64,000 bases of DNA, taken from NCBI GenBank assembly GCA_010093815.1, contig ML996583.1. One strand, written 5' to 3'. The notes below the pieces were generated by a model that was given only the letters and a program-made list of their open reading frames with translations, made no database searches and was not told the DNA's origin. Within the stretch, counting starts at the first letter, position 1, and the number at the start of each line of letters is the position of its first letter. The position numbers and the translations under genes are program-made. This DNA is from Pseudovirgaria hyperparasitica (Eukaryota). Of this stretch, positions 63,933-64,000 are shown piece after piece.

Positions 63933-64000
63933 AGCGAACAATAAGTCATGGAAATGGCAGCCGAGTCGTACAGCAATGAATGACACGTGCAATGAAAGGA

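Noticed and set aside
1..64000. tRNA/rRNA genes, CRISPR arrays, intact transposons, readthrough-derived PTS1 signals
   Set aside because: I saw no cloverleaf or rRNA signatures, spaced repeats, or transposase/RT motifs. The stop contexts I inspected (PHB2, ARE2, HST2, PYM1, flotillin) showed no TGA-CTA context or SKL-type extension. Manual reading could miss short ncRNAs.

Overview
This is a eukaryotic, intron-containing, gene-dense window from a filamentous ascomycete (Pezizomycotina). A Dothideomycete is plausible, but that is inference. Introns are mostly 46-62 nt GT-AG with CTRAY or CTAAA branch sites. I reconstructed 22 protein-coding gene models by hand, and the spliced multi-exon models close in frame. 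The conserved genes encode a MIT-domain protein, CSN3, Bub1/Mad3 (MadBub), prohibitin-2, an ERGIC-53/Emp47-type lectin, a sterol O-acyltransferase, an Hst2-type sirtuin, a RasGAP, a DUF6594-like protein, QCR9, PYM1, flotillin, an NDR-type kinase, SYP1 and a Cak1/Csk1-like kinase. An accessory-looking block of about 13 kb (~21.7-34.8 kb) interrupts them. It holds an atypical small kinase, a NACHT (NLR-like) gene, stop-riddled gene relics and two orphan genes. Two long intergenic regions (4.7-7.1 kb and 39-45 kb) are rich in microsatellites and G4 motifs. The most notable observations are: (1) an alternative 3' splice site in MadBub that would yield a kinase-less Mad3-like isoform; (2) a KIX-like domain spliced onto the CAK-like kinase through a probable GC-AG intron; (3) a long two-hairpin intron in QCR9; (4) an ATG-less, in-frame Lys-rich leader on a probably myristoylated sirtuin; (5) the NLR plus kinase island. 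I recognised no tRNA, rRNA, CRISPR array or intact transposon. All family assignments come from motif recognition, not from database searches.
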